64,000 nt of DNA from Anthoceros angustus (Eukaryota; Plantae; Anthocerotophyta), in contig MU008152.1 of assembly GCA_010909165.1 (NCBI GenBank), positions 124,001 to 188,000 on the forward strand, given 5' to 3'. The translations under genes and the position numbers were made by a program. The notes below the pieces were generated by a model. That model did not search any database and was not told where the DNA came from. It worked only from the letters and a program-made list of their open reading frames with translations. Every line of letters begins with the position of its first letter. Position 1 is the stretch's first letter. Below, piece by piece: positions 1-11,067 of the stretch.

Positions 1-739
1 CATGGGTAAGATGCCTTATCGTATGCATTGTGAAAGGTACTTGAGTTCTAAGGGTGTCTCTCTCTCTACCACCAGTTTCGCAACGGAGGTACGCTGCAGC
101 ATCCGGCAAGGGCTAGCAGGGGAAGGCGCGCAAGCATGTGTCGCAATCCTAGGTCCTTAACACGTCACCGAGTGCATACCTACGCCTTCCCGTACCTCAT
201 GGTTTCATGAGCACGAGATAAAGCCCCAGCTCTATTCTGTCGGTCAAGGCGAAATACATTGATAATCAATATACACGTTGATTGTCACAATCCAATCCCC
301 TGTTGTCGTCGCTGCTTGCATGTGGTTGTGCTAATAACGATGTGAAGGACCTTTTTTGCTTGCCGATGCCGCTGGGAACATGCAGCTCTGCCAATGGCAC
401 TATCACGGTTTGTAGCTACCCCTCTCCGATGTCACTGCTTGCATGTCGCTCTGCCAACGGTGTTGTGCCAGATCTCCCTTGCTTGCCGATATCACTGCTA
501 GCAACGAGTTTTGTAACTGATGTTGTGGCTAATCTTGCCCCTTTGTCGATGCCGCTACGAACACCTGGTTTTATTAATGGTACTGTAATGGCTTTTACCC
601 CTCTCCAATGTCACCATCATCATCTAGGTGACAAGTTGTTCACTGCTTTAGCTGCCCTCCACTTGCACTTCTACCAAATCCTTTGTATTCACACAGTCAG
701 CTACATCACCTTATCATTTCTCCTTGTCATTGCTAGGTA

Positions 740-1790
740 ACCCTACACCAAGCATCGGGCTTCCTTTGTAGCTTTGAGTGTGTCTTCTCAGCAAGCTAAG
801 AATGTCTCGCACCAATTTGGCATAAAAATAGTTATGAAACTTAATGACGATTTCTATAGAGTTGCGTGAAGCTGCTGTTGCGTCATCGTTTTACAAGCAT
901 TCTTCTCTATCTAGCTGCGGTTCTCAATTTGGTTATTTCCCCCTCGCTTGATTCATCCTGCTAGCTTGGATTATGTACTAGCCTCCATTTGGCTTGTTCT
1001 TTCAGCTTCTTTTGCTTAAACAACTCGGAAATTAATATTTCAATATTAGAAATAATTGCTCCTATATTATGGCCCAATAGTGGGTGGCATAACACTTATT
1101 CAAATTGTTTGTGTGGTGCCCCTAGCCTCTTCACAAGCACCCACACTTTTGGTAACAAAGGGGAAACCTGGATCAAACCGCCCATTCCCGAAGGCAAGAT
1201 GAAACCAAAAGCAAGCTTTAAATAGGAACCGACCTTTGCGTTGCCCATGGATTTAGCAACCAAGCCTTGCATATTGTGCGTGGATAGGGATGTCGCATGA
1301 GGCAAGCATTTGCATTCATGTAAGCACTTCCTCAACAGACAACCAAGCAAAACAAATTTAATACGCAAATATAAGTGCAAACCAATAGCAATAGGAGAGA
1401 GTAGCTCACACATCGTGGTACAAACACACTCTCTCCACGAGAACAACACGCAAATTTCTCACATCGCTCTCGGAGCCATAGCTTTGGCCTCCTCACAACA
1501 CTCTTGCGTTGCATATCTAGAGGGCCTCCTCACAACACTCTTGAATTGCATATCTACAGGCTCTCCTCACAACACTCTTGCATTGCATATCTAGAGGGTC
1601 TCCTCACAACAATCTTGCATTGCATATCTAGAGAATGATATGAGCTTGTCCTTTGTGAAAGGGTCTATATATACTAGCCCTTGGCATCGGCATATTCCTA
1701 AGATATCATATTGGCATCAGTATATACCAAAAATATCCTAAAAATACACTATAATATGCAAGGAATATGCTAAAGCATATTACTTGTGCT
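740..1790 (-). mobile_element. Possible decayed LTR-retrotransposon relic (LTR/leader-like)
   Basis: Stop-riddled non-genic DNA containing a 37-bp tandem array and a TATATATA tract, next to a copia remnant. No intact domain, PBS or TSD could be recognised. Confidence 0.25.
1486..1633. repeat. Tandem array, 4 x 37 bp (GGCCTCCTCACAACACTCTTGCATTGCATATCTAGAG consensus)
   Basis: Units at 1486, 1523, 1560 and 1597 are contiguous with a few substitutions and no spacers. Confidence 0.92.
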
Positions 1791-2669
1791 TATCCACTTA
1801 GCTATTGTTAACCATGTTTAATTACCATTAATCAATGCTTAATTAACATAAGCGCTTTAGCATTTGCGCGATATGCATTTGAATTATGGATGCTTCTAAC
1901 ATGTAGCTTAAGTAGTGGCTCTCATTACGCCTTTGCAATTGGACCCGTGTTAGTATGGAACATTAGATAATTTAACCATAGGTTGGGATCTTGGTTTTAT
2001 TGTAACCCTAGTTAATGAAAGTTGCTTTAACAATAAATATTAATACTGAATTTTGAATAACTGTTGAGTAATTTTAGGAACAAGAGAAAATTCCCTGTAC
2101 ATAAATTTAAATTTGGAATTCCAGCTAACCATTTTAAATTCTAGTGCTACCAGTGACGTACGCGTCACGAACCCACGCCCCCGCTTAAATCGAACTCTCC
2201 GTTGGACTCGGGTTTGTTTGGCAAATGTGATTAATATAATCATAGGTTGCCAACTCTGATTATTTATTGTGATCCTAGTTACTAGACGTTACTATTATAG
2301 TAAATAGTAAACCTCATCAATAATTAAGTATTTTTACCCCGTGACGAATCCCTCCTTGCATGAATTTCAAAATGGTTTTGTTAGCAGGCTATTTCAAATT
2401 TGGAAAGTGGTTAGCATGAGCGTTACGCAACCCATGCCTCTCCTTTGGCCCAAAACCCTACCTTCGCCGAGCTAAAGATTTGTCTGTGTAGTCCACACGG
2501 AAAAGCTGACATGTGTCAAGGCCGATCTAATAAATGCTGTTTGAACAGACAACTCGTAGGAGTGGCAAGAGCCGAGGGCTATAATTAGGCCCGAAGCCCC
2601 AATAAAATTACCTCCCTCTCTCCCCTTCTCCCCCGCCTCTCCCCCCCTTCTCCCCCTTCTCCCTCTCCC

Positions 2670-2845
2670 CTTCACCAGCTTCATCAATATGCTCAGAGAC
2701 ATCAAATTCTTTGCTATATGAGGCACATATAGGACATCATGCAAGATAAGTCTTGTGTTACCATGTAATGTGATTGTGCATGAGCCATGGCCCTCGATGC
2801 AAAGATCTGTTTAAATTTTTGCTCTTGCATCTCCAAGCAGCAACC
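2670..2845 (-). mobile_element. Ty1/copia pol (protease-region) remnant, degenerate
   Basis: Minus frame reads LLLGDARAKI*TDLCIEGHGSCTITLHGNTRLILHDVLYVPHIAKNLMSLSIL, matching the copia pattern LGDG..I.G.G.V....L.DVLYVP.L..NLLS. It has an in-frame stop and is followed by a long polypurine tract. Confidence 0.6.
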
Positions 2846-3949
2846 GAGACTCTCTTGTAGCTTGATGTCCGTTCGCAAGAATGCTGGACCATCTTCCTAG
2901 TGCTGTCAACTTTGTGTCTCTTTATCAAAATGTACGACATGAAACTTGTGCTTGCAACTAAGTCAACAAAGTACGTAGCCTTGCGTCCTGTCCTTTCACC
3001 AAAATGGGAATTTGAGTTGATTTATCCACTTGAGCTGCGTGTAGAGATCTAAACGCATTGTTTTTCTATCTTGGCACCTCGATGCGGGCCCTACTCGATC
3101 CGGGTTAAGAGTTAAGCACCCTTATTTTCCGACTCGGATTCATCTTCCTCGAGATGTAGAGAGTTAACGAGTTATGGATTCTTGTGGCCTGAAACCATTG
3201 GCACCCAATTTCGTCGAATGCACAGACTCAAGCCCGTTTCATTCTTTTATCTCCTAATTTAACCTAATACACCTAAATAATTATTTAATACCTATTTAAT
3301 ATTACATATTATTTTAGTTTTAGCGTTTGGAAGAGTTTACTCCAAACCAAATAAACAAGATAAAAGTGTAAATGTGAGTGCTCACTTGTGGTGTGTGAAC
3401 CCGAAATTCTGGGTGGGGTCGCGTCCATGTGATAGTCGGGCGGACTGGTTTTTATAGTGAACTTGATCGTGGATGGGTGGATTGGTTTCGGCCATTTTGA
3501 ATGTGTGTCCAAATGGCTTAGGCCAAATGGACACACATTTATAAGAACGTCGTGATTAAGCATCCTCATTTTGCTCAAAGGAGCATCCCAAGCGAATCTC
3601 GTGTTTATATGGCTTCTTCGGGCCTGTTTTGCCCACCGAACGGCATTTTGGTTGGCTGCCGGGTTTAACGTTAAGGCGTTCTATTTATCTTTTATCTTAA
3701 AGAAAAAAATTAAAGTTTCCAGAACTGGCTTTCTTAAGCACCGGCGGATCAGTATACCGTTGTAATATTTTCCAATTAGATAAGAGATTAATTATTTCTT
3801 CATGGTGCTTCTGATACCTACCCATATAAGCAATTGGGGCTCTTCTCCATAGCGAAAAGCCCTAGTCGTTTCTGCGCGATTGCATCGCATCCATGGGAGT
3901 ACATCGAGGACGATGCCCCGCGGGATGGTCACCGAACCCGCCTCGCGTC

Positions 3950-3957
3950 AAACCCTA
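3950..3957 (+). promoter_or_regulatory. Telo-box (AAACCCTA) upstream of UPF1
   Basis: Exact motif about 450 bp upstream of the UPF1 ATG; telo-boxes are common near plant housekeeping genes. Confidence 0.45.
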
Positions 3958-4408
3958 GAATTTGTCTCGTGAGTTTCCTGGATGTGACGAGTCACTGATG
4001 CGTTGCAGCTTGACCAACACGCTGCAGGGAGCAGCCCAGGTGGACACGACAGTGATCAGGAAGCCCCTAAGGCACAACCGCAGGATTGGGTTTAGGCGCC
4101 CGTAACAGTGGCTGCTGCTTGCGGACATATTAGGGTGAGAGTGTAGATCATTATGCATGTGTGCCATTCTGAGAAAGAGAATTTCTGAGGTGTGTATCTG
4201 AGTGCGAGAAACCTGGTGTCCTACGGCTGTGTCTTGTTTTCGGGAGAGTTATAGTTGGCTGTCGGGTCGGTGCTGGGTCTGCTGGGTTTGGAGGTCAGCC
4301 GATAGTGAACCACTCCGGAAGTTATCTGCAGTGGGCGCTTGGTTTGTCTCTTTGGAGCTGTCGAGTGGGATTCTGACTGGGTTTTTCTGCCAGGAGTAGA
4401 GTGGAGTC

Positions 4409-7400
4409 ATGGCGGCCCTGGAGGCCGTGAATACACATAATTTGTACGAGGACGCGGCAGCATCGCAGCAGAATCATGGGGATGCATACACTTTTTTGGA
4501 GTTCAACACGCAGGGGGATGATTATGATTATCCGGACTTTACTGAACTTAGTCAACCTGTCCAGCCTTCGTCAGTATGGACTGATGACAGCTCGCACCTC
4601 TCAGCATCCATGGATGCCAGTGTGTCGGTTGGGGGCCCTTCCGAGCTGGTTGTGCCCGCAGAGTCTTCGGATTCCAAGGCCAGCAGTCAAGTTTCGGCGT
4701 ACAACCTAATTGCAGCCGGGATGAGCGAGCTGAGTTTTGATGATACTGGGGAGGATGATAACCATGACTACTCTAAGAGGGACTTGCCGGAGCATGCATG
4801 CAAATACTGTGGGATCCACAACCCTGCTTGTATTGTTCGGTGCCATGTCCCTTCCTGCAGGAAGTGGTTTTGCAATTCTCGGGGGAATACCTCCGGTTCT
4901 CATATAGTGAATCATCTCGTTCGAGCCAAGCACAAGGAGGTTTGCCTTCACAAGGATAGTCCCCTTGGTGAAACTATACTGGAGTGTTACAATTGTGGTT
5001 GCAGGAACGTGTTTTTGCTTGGATTTATTCCTGCAAAGTCAGAAAGTGTGGTTGTACTTCTATGCCGGGAGCCCTGCTTGAGTGTAAATGGATTGAAGGA
5101 CATGAATTGGGACCTCAGTCAGTGGTTGCCTCTTATTGATGACCGCTGTTTTCTTCAGTGGCTTGTTAAAGTTCCTTCTGAGCAGGAGCAGCTTCGCGCC
5201 CGTCAGATAAGTGCGCAGCAGATCAATAAGGTGGAAGAGCTTTGGAAGACAAGTCCTGATGCCACGTTGGAGGACCTGGAGAAGCCTGGCGTAGATGATG
5301 AACCACAGCCTGTGGGTTTCAAGTACGAAGATGCTTATCAATATCAGAACGTATTTGGGCCTCTAGTCAAGCTGGAGGCTGACTATGATAAGATGATGAA
5401 AGAGTCCCAGAGCAAGGATAATATCACAGTTAGATGGGATGTAGGGTTGAACAAGAAGCGGGTTGCGTACTTTGTCTTCCCTAAGGAGGATAATGAACTG
5501 CGTTTGGTTCCAGGTGATGAGTTGCGGCTGCGTTGTGCTGGAGATGGAACTCATGGTGCCTGGCAGTCTGTTGGGCATGTCATCAAGCTCACAGCCCAAG
5601 AGGAGGTAGCGTTAGAGCTTCGTGCCAGCCAGAATGTTCCCATTGATGTCAACCACAACTTCAGCGTTGACTTTGTGTGGAAGAGCACAAGCTTTGATCG
5701 CATGCAAGTAGCAATGAAGACATTTGCAGTCGATGAGACAAGTGTTAGTGGGTATATATATCACAGGCTGTTGGGGCATGAGATAGAGTCTCAGACTGTG
5801 AGGAGTACATTGCCCCGACGCTTTGGGGCTCCTGGAATCCCAGAGTTGAATGTTTCCCAGGTGTTTGCAGTGAAGAGTGTGCTTCAGAAGCCAGTTAGTC
5901 TGATCCAGGGGCCACCAGGCACGGGAAAGACTGTTACTTCTGCTGCCATTGTGTATCATCTGGCTAAGCAAGGGCAAGGACAGGTTCTTGTTTGCGCTCC
6001 AAGTAATGTGGCCGTAGATCAGCTTGCTGAGAAGATCAGTGCAACAGGGTTGAAGGTGGTGAGGTTGTGTGCCAAGTCAAGGGAGGCTGTGAGCTCTCCT
6101 GTTGAGCATTTGACACTGCATTATCAGGTCAGGCACCTAGATACTTCTGAGAAAAGTGAGCTTCACAAGTTGCAGCTCTTGAAAGATGAACAGGGTGAGC
6201 TGTCAAGCTCTGATGAGAAGAAGTACAAGGCATTGAAGAGAGCAACCGAACGAGAGATAGCTCAAAGTGCAGATGTCATTTGTTGCACTTGTGTAGGAGC
6301 AGGAGACCCTAGATTGTCCAACTTTCGGTTTCGTCAGGTTCTGATTGATGAATCAACTCAAGCTACTGAGCCCGAGTGTCTCATACCTTTGGTTTTAGGA
6401 GCGAAGCAGGTTGTGCTGGTGGGGGATCATTGTCAGTTGGGCCCTGTCATCATGTGCAAGAAGGCTGCACGTGCTGGTCTTGCACAGTCTTTGTTTGAGA
6501 GGCTTGTACTGCTGGGTGTTAAACCTATTCGGCTGCAGGTGCAATACAGAATGCACCCGAATTTATCTGAATTTCCTTCTAACAGCTTCTATGAAGGGAC
6601 TTTGCAGAATGGGGTTGGAATGAATGAGAGGCTGACATCCGGGATAGATTTTCCCTGGCCAGTGCCAAACAAACCCATGTTCTTTTATGTTCAGATGGGT
6701 CAGGAAGAGATCAGTGCAAGTGGCACGTCTTATTTAAATAGAACAGAGGCTGCAAATGTGGAGAAAATTGTCAGTACTTTCTTGAAGAGCGGTGTCAACC
6801 CAGGTCAGATTGGAGTGATCACCCCATATGAAGGACAACGGGCCTACATTGTAAACCACATGGCTAGAAATGGCTCCTTACGCCAACAGCTCTATAAGGA
6901 GATTGAGGTTGCAAGTGTAGACTCTTTTCAGGGGAGGGAGAAAGATTTCATCATACTGTCTTGCGTGAGGAGTAATGAGCACCAGGGTATAGGTTTTCTT
7001 AATGATCCCCGCCGTTTGAATGTAGCTTTAACTCGCGCCCGGTATGGCATCGTTATTCTTGGAAATCCAAAGGTGCTGAGCAAGCAGCCTCTCTGGAACA
7101 GCTTGTTGTCACATTACAAGGAGCATGAGTGTTTGGTGGAAGGCCCTCTCAACAACCTGAAGCAGAGCATGGTGCAGTTCCAAAAGCCCAAGAAGATATA
7201 CAGTGACAGGCGCGTGTATCCTGGAGGTGCACCTGCGTTAGGGCCAGGTGAAGGTTTCGTGCCTGTTCCCGCTGCTAACAATGCCAGTGGCGCAGGATTC
7301 CCAGACAGAAGGGGCCGAGGACGTGGCAACAGCTATCTTCCTTTTGGAATGGCTAATGGTGGTCACAAGTCTGGCCTTCCTCATGGATTGTCCGCCGCAA

Positions 7401-8173
7401 GGATTCCACATCCTGCTTTTCCTGGTGCTCCTCATATGCAACCTTATGCTATTCCTGCTCGTGGAGGTGTGCATGGGCCTGTTGGTGGCGTTCCCCAAGT
7501 GCCCCAGTCTGGGAGCCGGGGCTTTGGAGCTGGAAGAGGCAGCACTGGAGGTCCTATCGGAGGACACCTGCATCATCAAGCAGCCCAGCAGCATGGAAAT
7601 CTTGGCTCTGCCTTTAGCTTTGTAGGTCTTGACAGTCTTGGCAGTCAATCCTCTGGTGGTGGTCCTTTGACACAGCAAGGTCCAATGACCCAGATGCAGT
7701 CACAGGGTTTAAGTCAGAACCTTCGAGATGGTTTTCCACTTGGGGGAATGTCACAGGACTTTTTGGGAGATGATTTCAAGTCTCAGGGCTCTCATGTGGC
7801 ATACACTGTGCCGGAGTTCTCAACCCAAGGTGGGTATGGGGTTGACTATGTGACACAGGGAAGTCAGGGTGCGTACACTGGTGATTTCATCACACAGAAT
7901 TCACAGGGTGGCTATGCGCTGCCTCCAGGAGGCAATGAGTTCAGTTCACAGGATTTTTTGTCTCATGGCTCTCAAGGCTTGTTTACCCAGGTGGGATTTA
8001 GTGATCGGACTCAGGATGGACCTGCAACACAGAGTCACTATGGACTAGGAGGTCCATTGCAGTCTCAGGGCATGGTTGCACCCATCTATACTCAGCCTTT
8101 TACTCAGTTGACACAGCCTCTGAATCAGCAGCAGCAAGCATCACAGCATCAGAGGCGCCACTACAACGGGTAA
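4409..8173 (+). CDS. UPF1: Regulator of nonsense transcripts 1 (UPF1 SF1 RNA helicase), single-exon CDS, 1254 aa
   Basis: CH domain ([17 protein letters not shown]...KWFCN...HIVNHLV), Walker [47 protein letters not shown] and an SQ-rich tail, all in one uninterrupted ORF. Confidence 0.98.
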   Translation: MAALEAVNTHNLYEDAAASQQNHGDAYTFLEFNTQGDDYDYPDFTELSQPVQPSSVWTDDSSHLSASMDASVSVGGPSELVVPAESSDSKASSQVSAYNLIAAGMSELSFDDTGEDDNHDYSKRDLPEHACKYCGIHNPACIVRCHVPSCRKWFCNSRGNTSGSHIVNHLVRAKHKEVCLHKDSPLGETILECYNCGCRNVFLLGFIPAKSESVVVLLCREPCLSVNGLKDMNWDLSQWLPLIDDRCFLQWLVKVPSEQEQLRARQISAQQINKVEELWKTSPDATLEDLEKPGVDDEPQPVGFKYEDAYQYQNVFGPLVKLEADYDKMMKESQSKDNITVRWDVGLNKKRVAYFVFPKEDNELRLVPGDELRLRCAGDGTHGAWQSVGHVIKLTAQEEVALELRASQNVPIDVNHNFSVDFVWKSTSFDRMQVAMKTFAVDETSVSGYIYHRLLGHEIESQTVRSTLPRRFGAPGIPELNVSQVFAVKSVLQKPVSLIQGPPGTGKTVTSAAIVYHLAKQGQGQVLVCAPSNVAVDQLAEKISATGLKVVRLCAKSREAVSSPVEHLTLHYQVRHLDTSEKSELHKLQLLKDEQGELSSSDEKKYKALKRATEREIAQSADVICCTCVGAGDPRLSNFRFRQVLIDESTQATEPECLIPLVLGAKQVVLVGDHCQLGPVIMCKKAARAGLAQSLFERLVLLGVKPIRLQVQYRMHPNLSEFPSNSFYEGTLQNGVGMNERLTSGIDFPWPVPNKPMFFYVQMGQEEISASGTSYLNRTEAANVEKIVSTFLKSGVNPGQIGVITPYEGQRAYIVNHMARNGSLRQQLYKEIEVASVDSFQGREKDFIILSCVRSNEHQGIGFLNDPRRLNVALTRARYGIVILGNPKVLSKQPLWNSLLSHYKEHECLVEGPLNNLKQSMVQFQKPKKIYSDRRVYPGGAPALGPGEGFVPVPAANNASGAGFPDRRGRGRGNSYLPFGMANGGHKSGLPHGLSAARIPHPAFPGAPHMQPYAIPARGGVHGPVGGVPQVPQSGSRGFGAGRGSTGGPIGGHLHHQAAQQHGNLGSAFSFVGLDSLGSQSSGGGPLTQQGPMTQMQSQGLSQNLRDGFPLGGMSQDFLGDDFKSQGSHVAYTVPEFSTQGGYGVDYVTQGSQGAYTGDFITQNSQGGYALPPGGNEFSSQDFLSHGSQGLFTQVGFSDRTQDGPATQSHYGLGGPLQSQGMVAPIYTQPFTQLTQPLNQQQQASQHQRRHYNG

Positions 8174-9142
8174 TTTGGTTCGAGGATCTAGATTGGTATC
8201 ATGGGTATGTCCTTGCTTCCTGAAAGCACTCCATATTGACCTCCCCTGGGTATGTCATTTCATGTTGTGAAAACACAGTTTTGTCTGGTTGGCTTGCAAA
8301 GCTATCTTTCCACATGCAGTTGTTGGTAACTGTCAATGGAAGCTGTGCCATGTCATTATTTGGGGGCCAAGAGTGACGAGGTTTGGGACAAGATGAGAAG
8401 GTTCCACTTTTCAAGACATTTGAGATGGAGCAGTGAGGTGATTGCACGTCCCTAGATGTTGGCGAACGGGGCTGGCCAAGATTTATGAGCATGTTTGCCC
8501 GCTCTGCATGGATGTGAATCTGTGATCTGGAATTTCTGCTCTTCTGTACAGCCTTGAAGCAGAGGAGCTCTTACCATCTGCAGCTTCACCCCTCATCCTG
8601 CTATGGTCTCTCGGAGCCCAGTTCTGGAAGATAAGAATGTTTGTGTGAGGAGGGCAACTCTGTTGCGTTATGACCAATTGGTTGGGGCCGAGTGCTCTAT
8701 GCTGAGCGTATTTGGATCATGAGTGGACGTGTCCTCACCCCATACATGGCATGACTTTCTGCCAGAGAACTCCGGCCTGCGCTGGGAGACGCGCTCGAAG
8801 GAAAACAGGGTGTTTTGGGCTGAGGGTAGGTCCTCTGTAGAAAACTGAATATGTGTATTGCTTCTTTCCGCATGTATTGCAGTTAGCGTCCTTTCTTTTG
8901 TAATGACTTGCCACTGGCTTGCTGCACACTGTTAGAGCGGGTGCAGTGTAGAGAGGTGTGAAGTTGAAAACATCCGATCTCTTGTCATGGCTATGCTTCG
9001 TCTTGGCCGCCTTTTGGTGTTTTTAACACTTAAGTTGCTAAATGAACAAGCGTTCTCGATACACATTGAGATGACACAAAGCAAACGAATAAGAGAAACG
9101 TATCAGCCTCCTCCGCCTAAGTGGAACGTGTTACCCTCCTGT

Positions 9143-9820
9143 TTATCTGACAATGGCAGCTACTACTGGGTAACCGATCCCGTGTCTGGTTGTCGGATAG
9201 AAAATGAAGAACAAGGAGATAAAGAATCCCACCGTGACGGGCACCAGATTATACACCAACGGCGGAACGTCCGGGTAGAAACATGAACGGACGTTTTCCG
9301 TCAGCAGCGTGCTGGTGGCGAACACCAGCATCGACAAGACGGCATGCACCACATCCAAGAGCGTCAGGGCGTACTTTTGGCTCACTATCCTCCCTCCCTT
9401 GACAAACGGGGACCACAAGCCGTAGGGCATGACGAGGCCGTAGTACACCTTGCCGTTGGTGGCCTGGAACGAGTCGGAGAGCGAGAGGATGAAAGCCGAG
9501 CTACCGCAGAGTGCCAGCAGCACGGAGGTGAGGATGGTGAAGGTTAGGTTGGAGCAGCCTCCCGAGTTGGTGACGATCGGGGAGAGGATCTGGAAGGTGA
9601 GGAAGGACCCGGTAGGCAGCAGGTTTGCCAGATTGGCTGTGCCGCTGAAGGCCTGGTTGAAAATCTTGACGGCCTCCGTCTCCTCCTCCAGCTCCGCCAG
9701 CTCGTCTGCTGTGAATCCAGTGGCCACCAGAATGGGAGCCGGCGCCGGTTCCGGTGCCTTCAGCGGTGATGTGCCGGTGCCATCCACCAGAGGCGTGGTC
9801 AAGCTCTCTGCTGCTGACAT
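9143..9820 (-). CDS. DMP: DUF679 membrane protein (DMP family)
   Basis: LANLLPTGSFLTFQILSP, SDSF, YYG, VHAVLSMLVF, CFYP and PTTRHGIGYP motifs with hydrophobic segments. First ATG in frame is at 9820. Confidence 0.9.
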   Translation of the reverse strand: MSAAESLTTPLVDGTGTSPLKAPEPAPAPILVATGFTADELAELEEETEAVKIFNQAFSGTANLANLLPTGSFLTFQILSPIVTNSGGCSNLTFTILTSVLLALCGSSAFILSLSDSFQATNGKVYYGLVMPYGLWSPFVKGGRIVSQKYALTLLDVVHAVLSMLVFATSTLLTENVRSCFYPDVPPLVYNLVPVTVGFFISLFFIFYPTTRHGIGYPVVAAIVR

Positions 9821-11067
9821 GCTGCCGTGACTCAAGGCGAAATCTAAGATCTCGAGTAACACGGGAAATCAGCTTCAAGCACAAAACCTGTCTACTACCA
9901 GACACAGAACCAGGGACAAGCTCCGGCTTGATGAGGCTAGCCACGCTCTCCGCGGATCCCCGACAGGGAGAACATGAGCTCGCACGGCAGGACGCTATGG
10001 TCAGCCAGTTTTGTAAGTCGGCATCGGCTGCAATCTGCGAGGTGTGTGACGTGATTCCTTCCCATACGCTGCAATCAGGGAGCAGGGTGGGGCCGAGGTC
10101 GGCACAATGTAATATCATGCAGTCTCTGCAGTGCACTCACCAACCCGGCTGCTTTTCAGGTCAGTAGTCGTGCTATGGTTGCAGCTGTCCTACGGCTCCT
10201 TCTACCCGGCCTGCCGTCCCTTCATGCTCAGATGCAGAATGGCATGTTCGTGGGGATGAAATGTGTGAAAGTGCAGAACAAAATCAAATGTTCTCTTCCA
10301 TGGCAGCAAAACTCGAAGGCGACGTACAGGGACCGAGTTAGATGGGAATGTCGTTTAGATTCCATGGCAAAGGAACCAAAAGGGAATCTTCAAAGAACCA
10401 GATTGATCCAATATCATACACTCCAGTCGAATGAAGTGGAACCATAGCTGGATCCTTGACATAATGCTAAAGCCATGTGAAAACCTCCAGGGTATACTTG
10501 CCAATGGAGGAAAACAGTACCTACAGAGGAAAGGATTTTGCATAGCCATTGGATTAGATAGCAAGATCCTTGCTGTTTATCATTGTCGCACATAGATGTT
10601 ATGAAATGATTCCCCCAAGAGCCTGTTAAAGCTTATACATGTAGATCACGAGCCAGGGACTGTGTAGGTCTTCAATTGCTGCTTGGGAGCAGTACGCATG
10701 CATATCAGCCCTACGACAAAGTGGCTTTTTTCCTTGCAACCAGCACACGTCATGAGCCTCTCAGCAACGTAACAAGCTTGCAACCGACACGCTGCCGGTA
10801 ATCTGGTTACCGGTCACCGGCGTAGCTTAGACCGTTCTCGACATAAATAAATGATCACCAGCATAACTTATGCAATCCAGAGATCAATGGCCACCAAGAT
10901 AACTTAGCCCCTATCAGACGTCAATGCCAGTCCATTAGTAGGGGTTCATCAAGTTTACGGCGTCTCTTCTAACTCCAAGGGGAACAATGTGCGAACCTGA
11001 AGCGAGGACGCGGCAATTGCTCAAGACCTCGGGTTCTCTGGAAACCAGGGCTTCCCACTTTGTCAAC

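Noticed and set aside
282-740. 152-aa ORF with internal PMPL/PMSL repeats
   Set aside because: It starts on TTG, reflects a degenerate DNA repeat in a TE-relic zone, and has no domain evidence.
1486-1633. CRISPR-like array (37-bp repeats)
   Set aside because: The units are contiguous with no unique spacers, there are no cas genes, and the context is eukaryotic.
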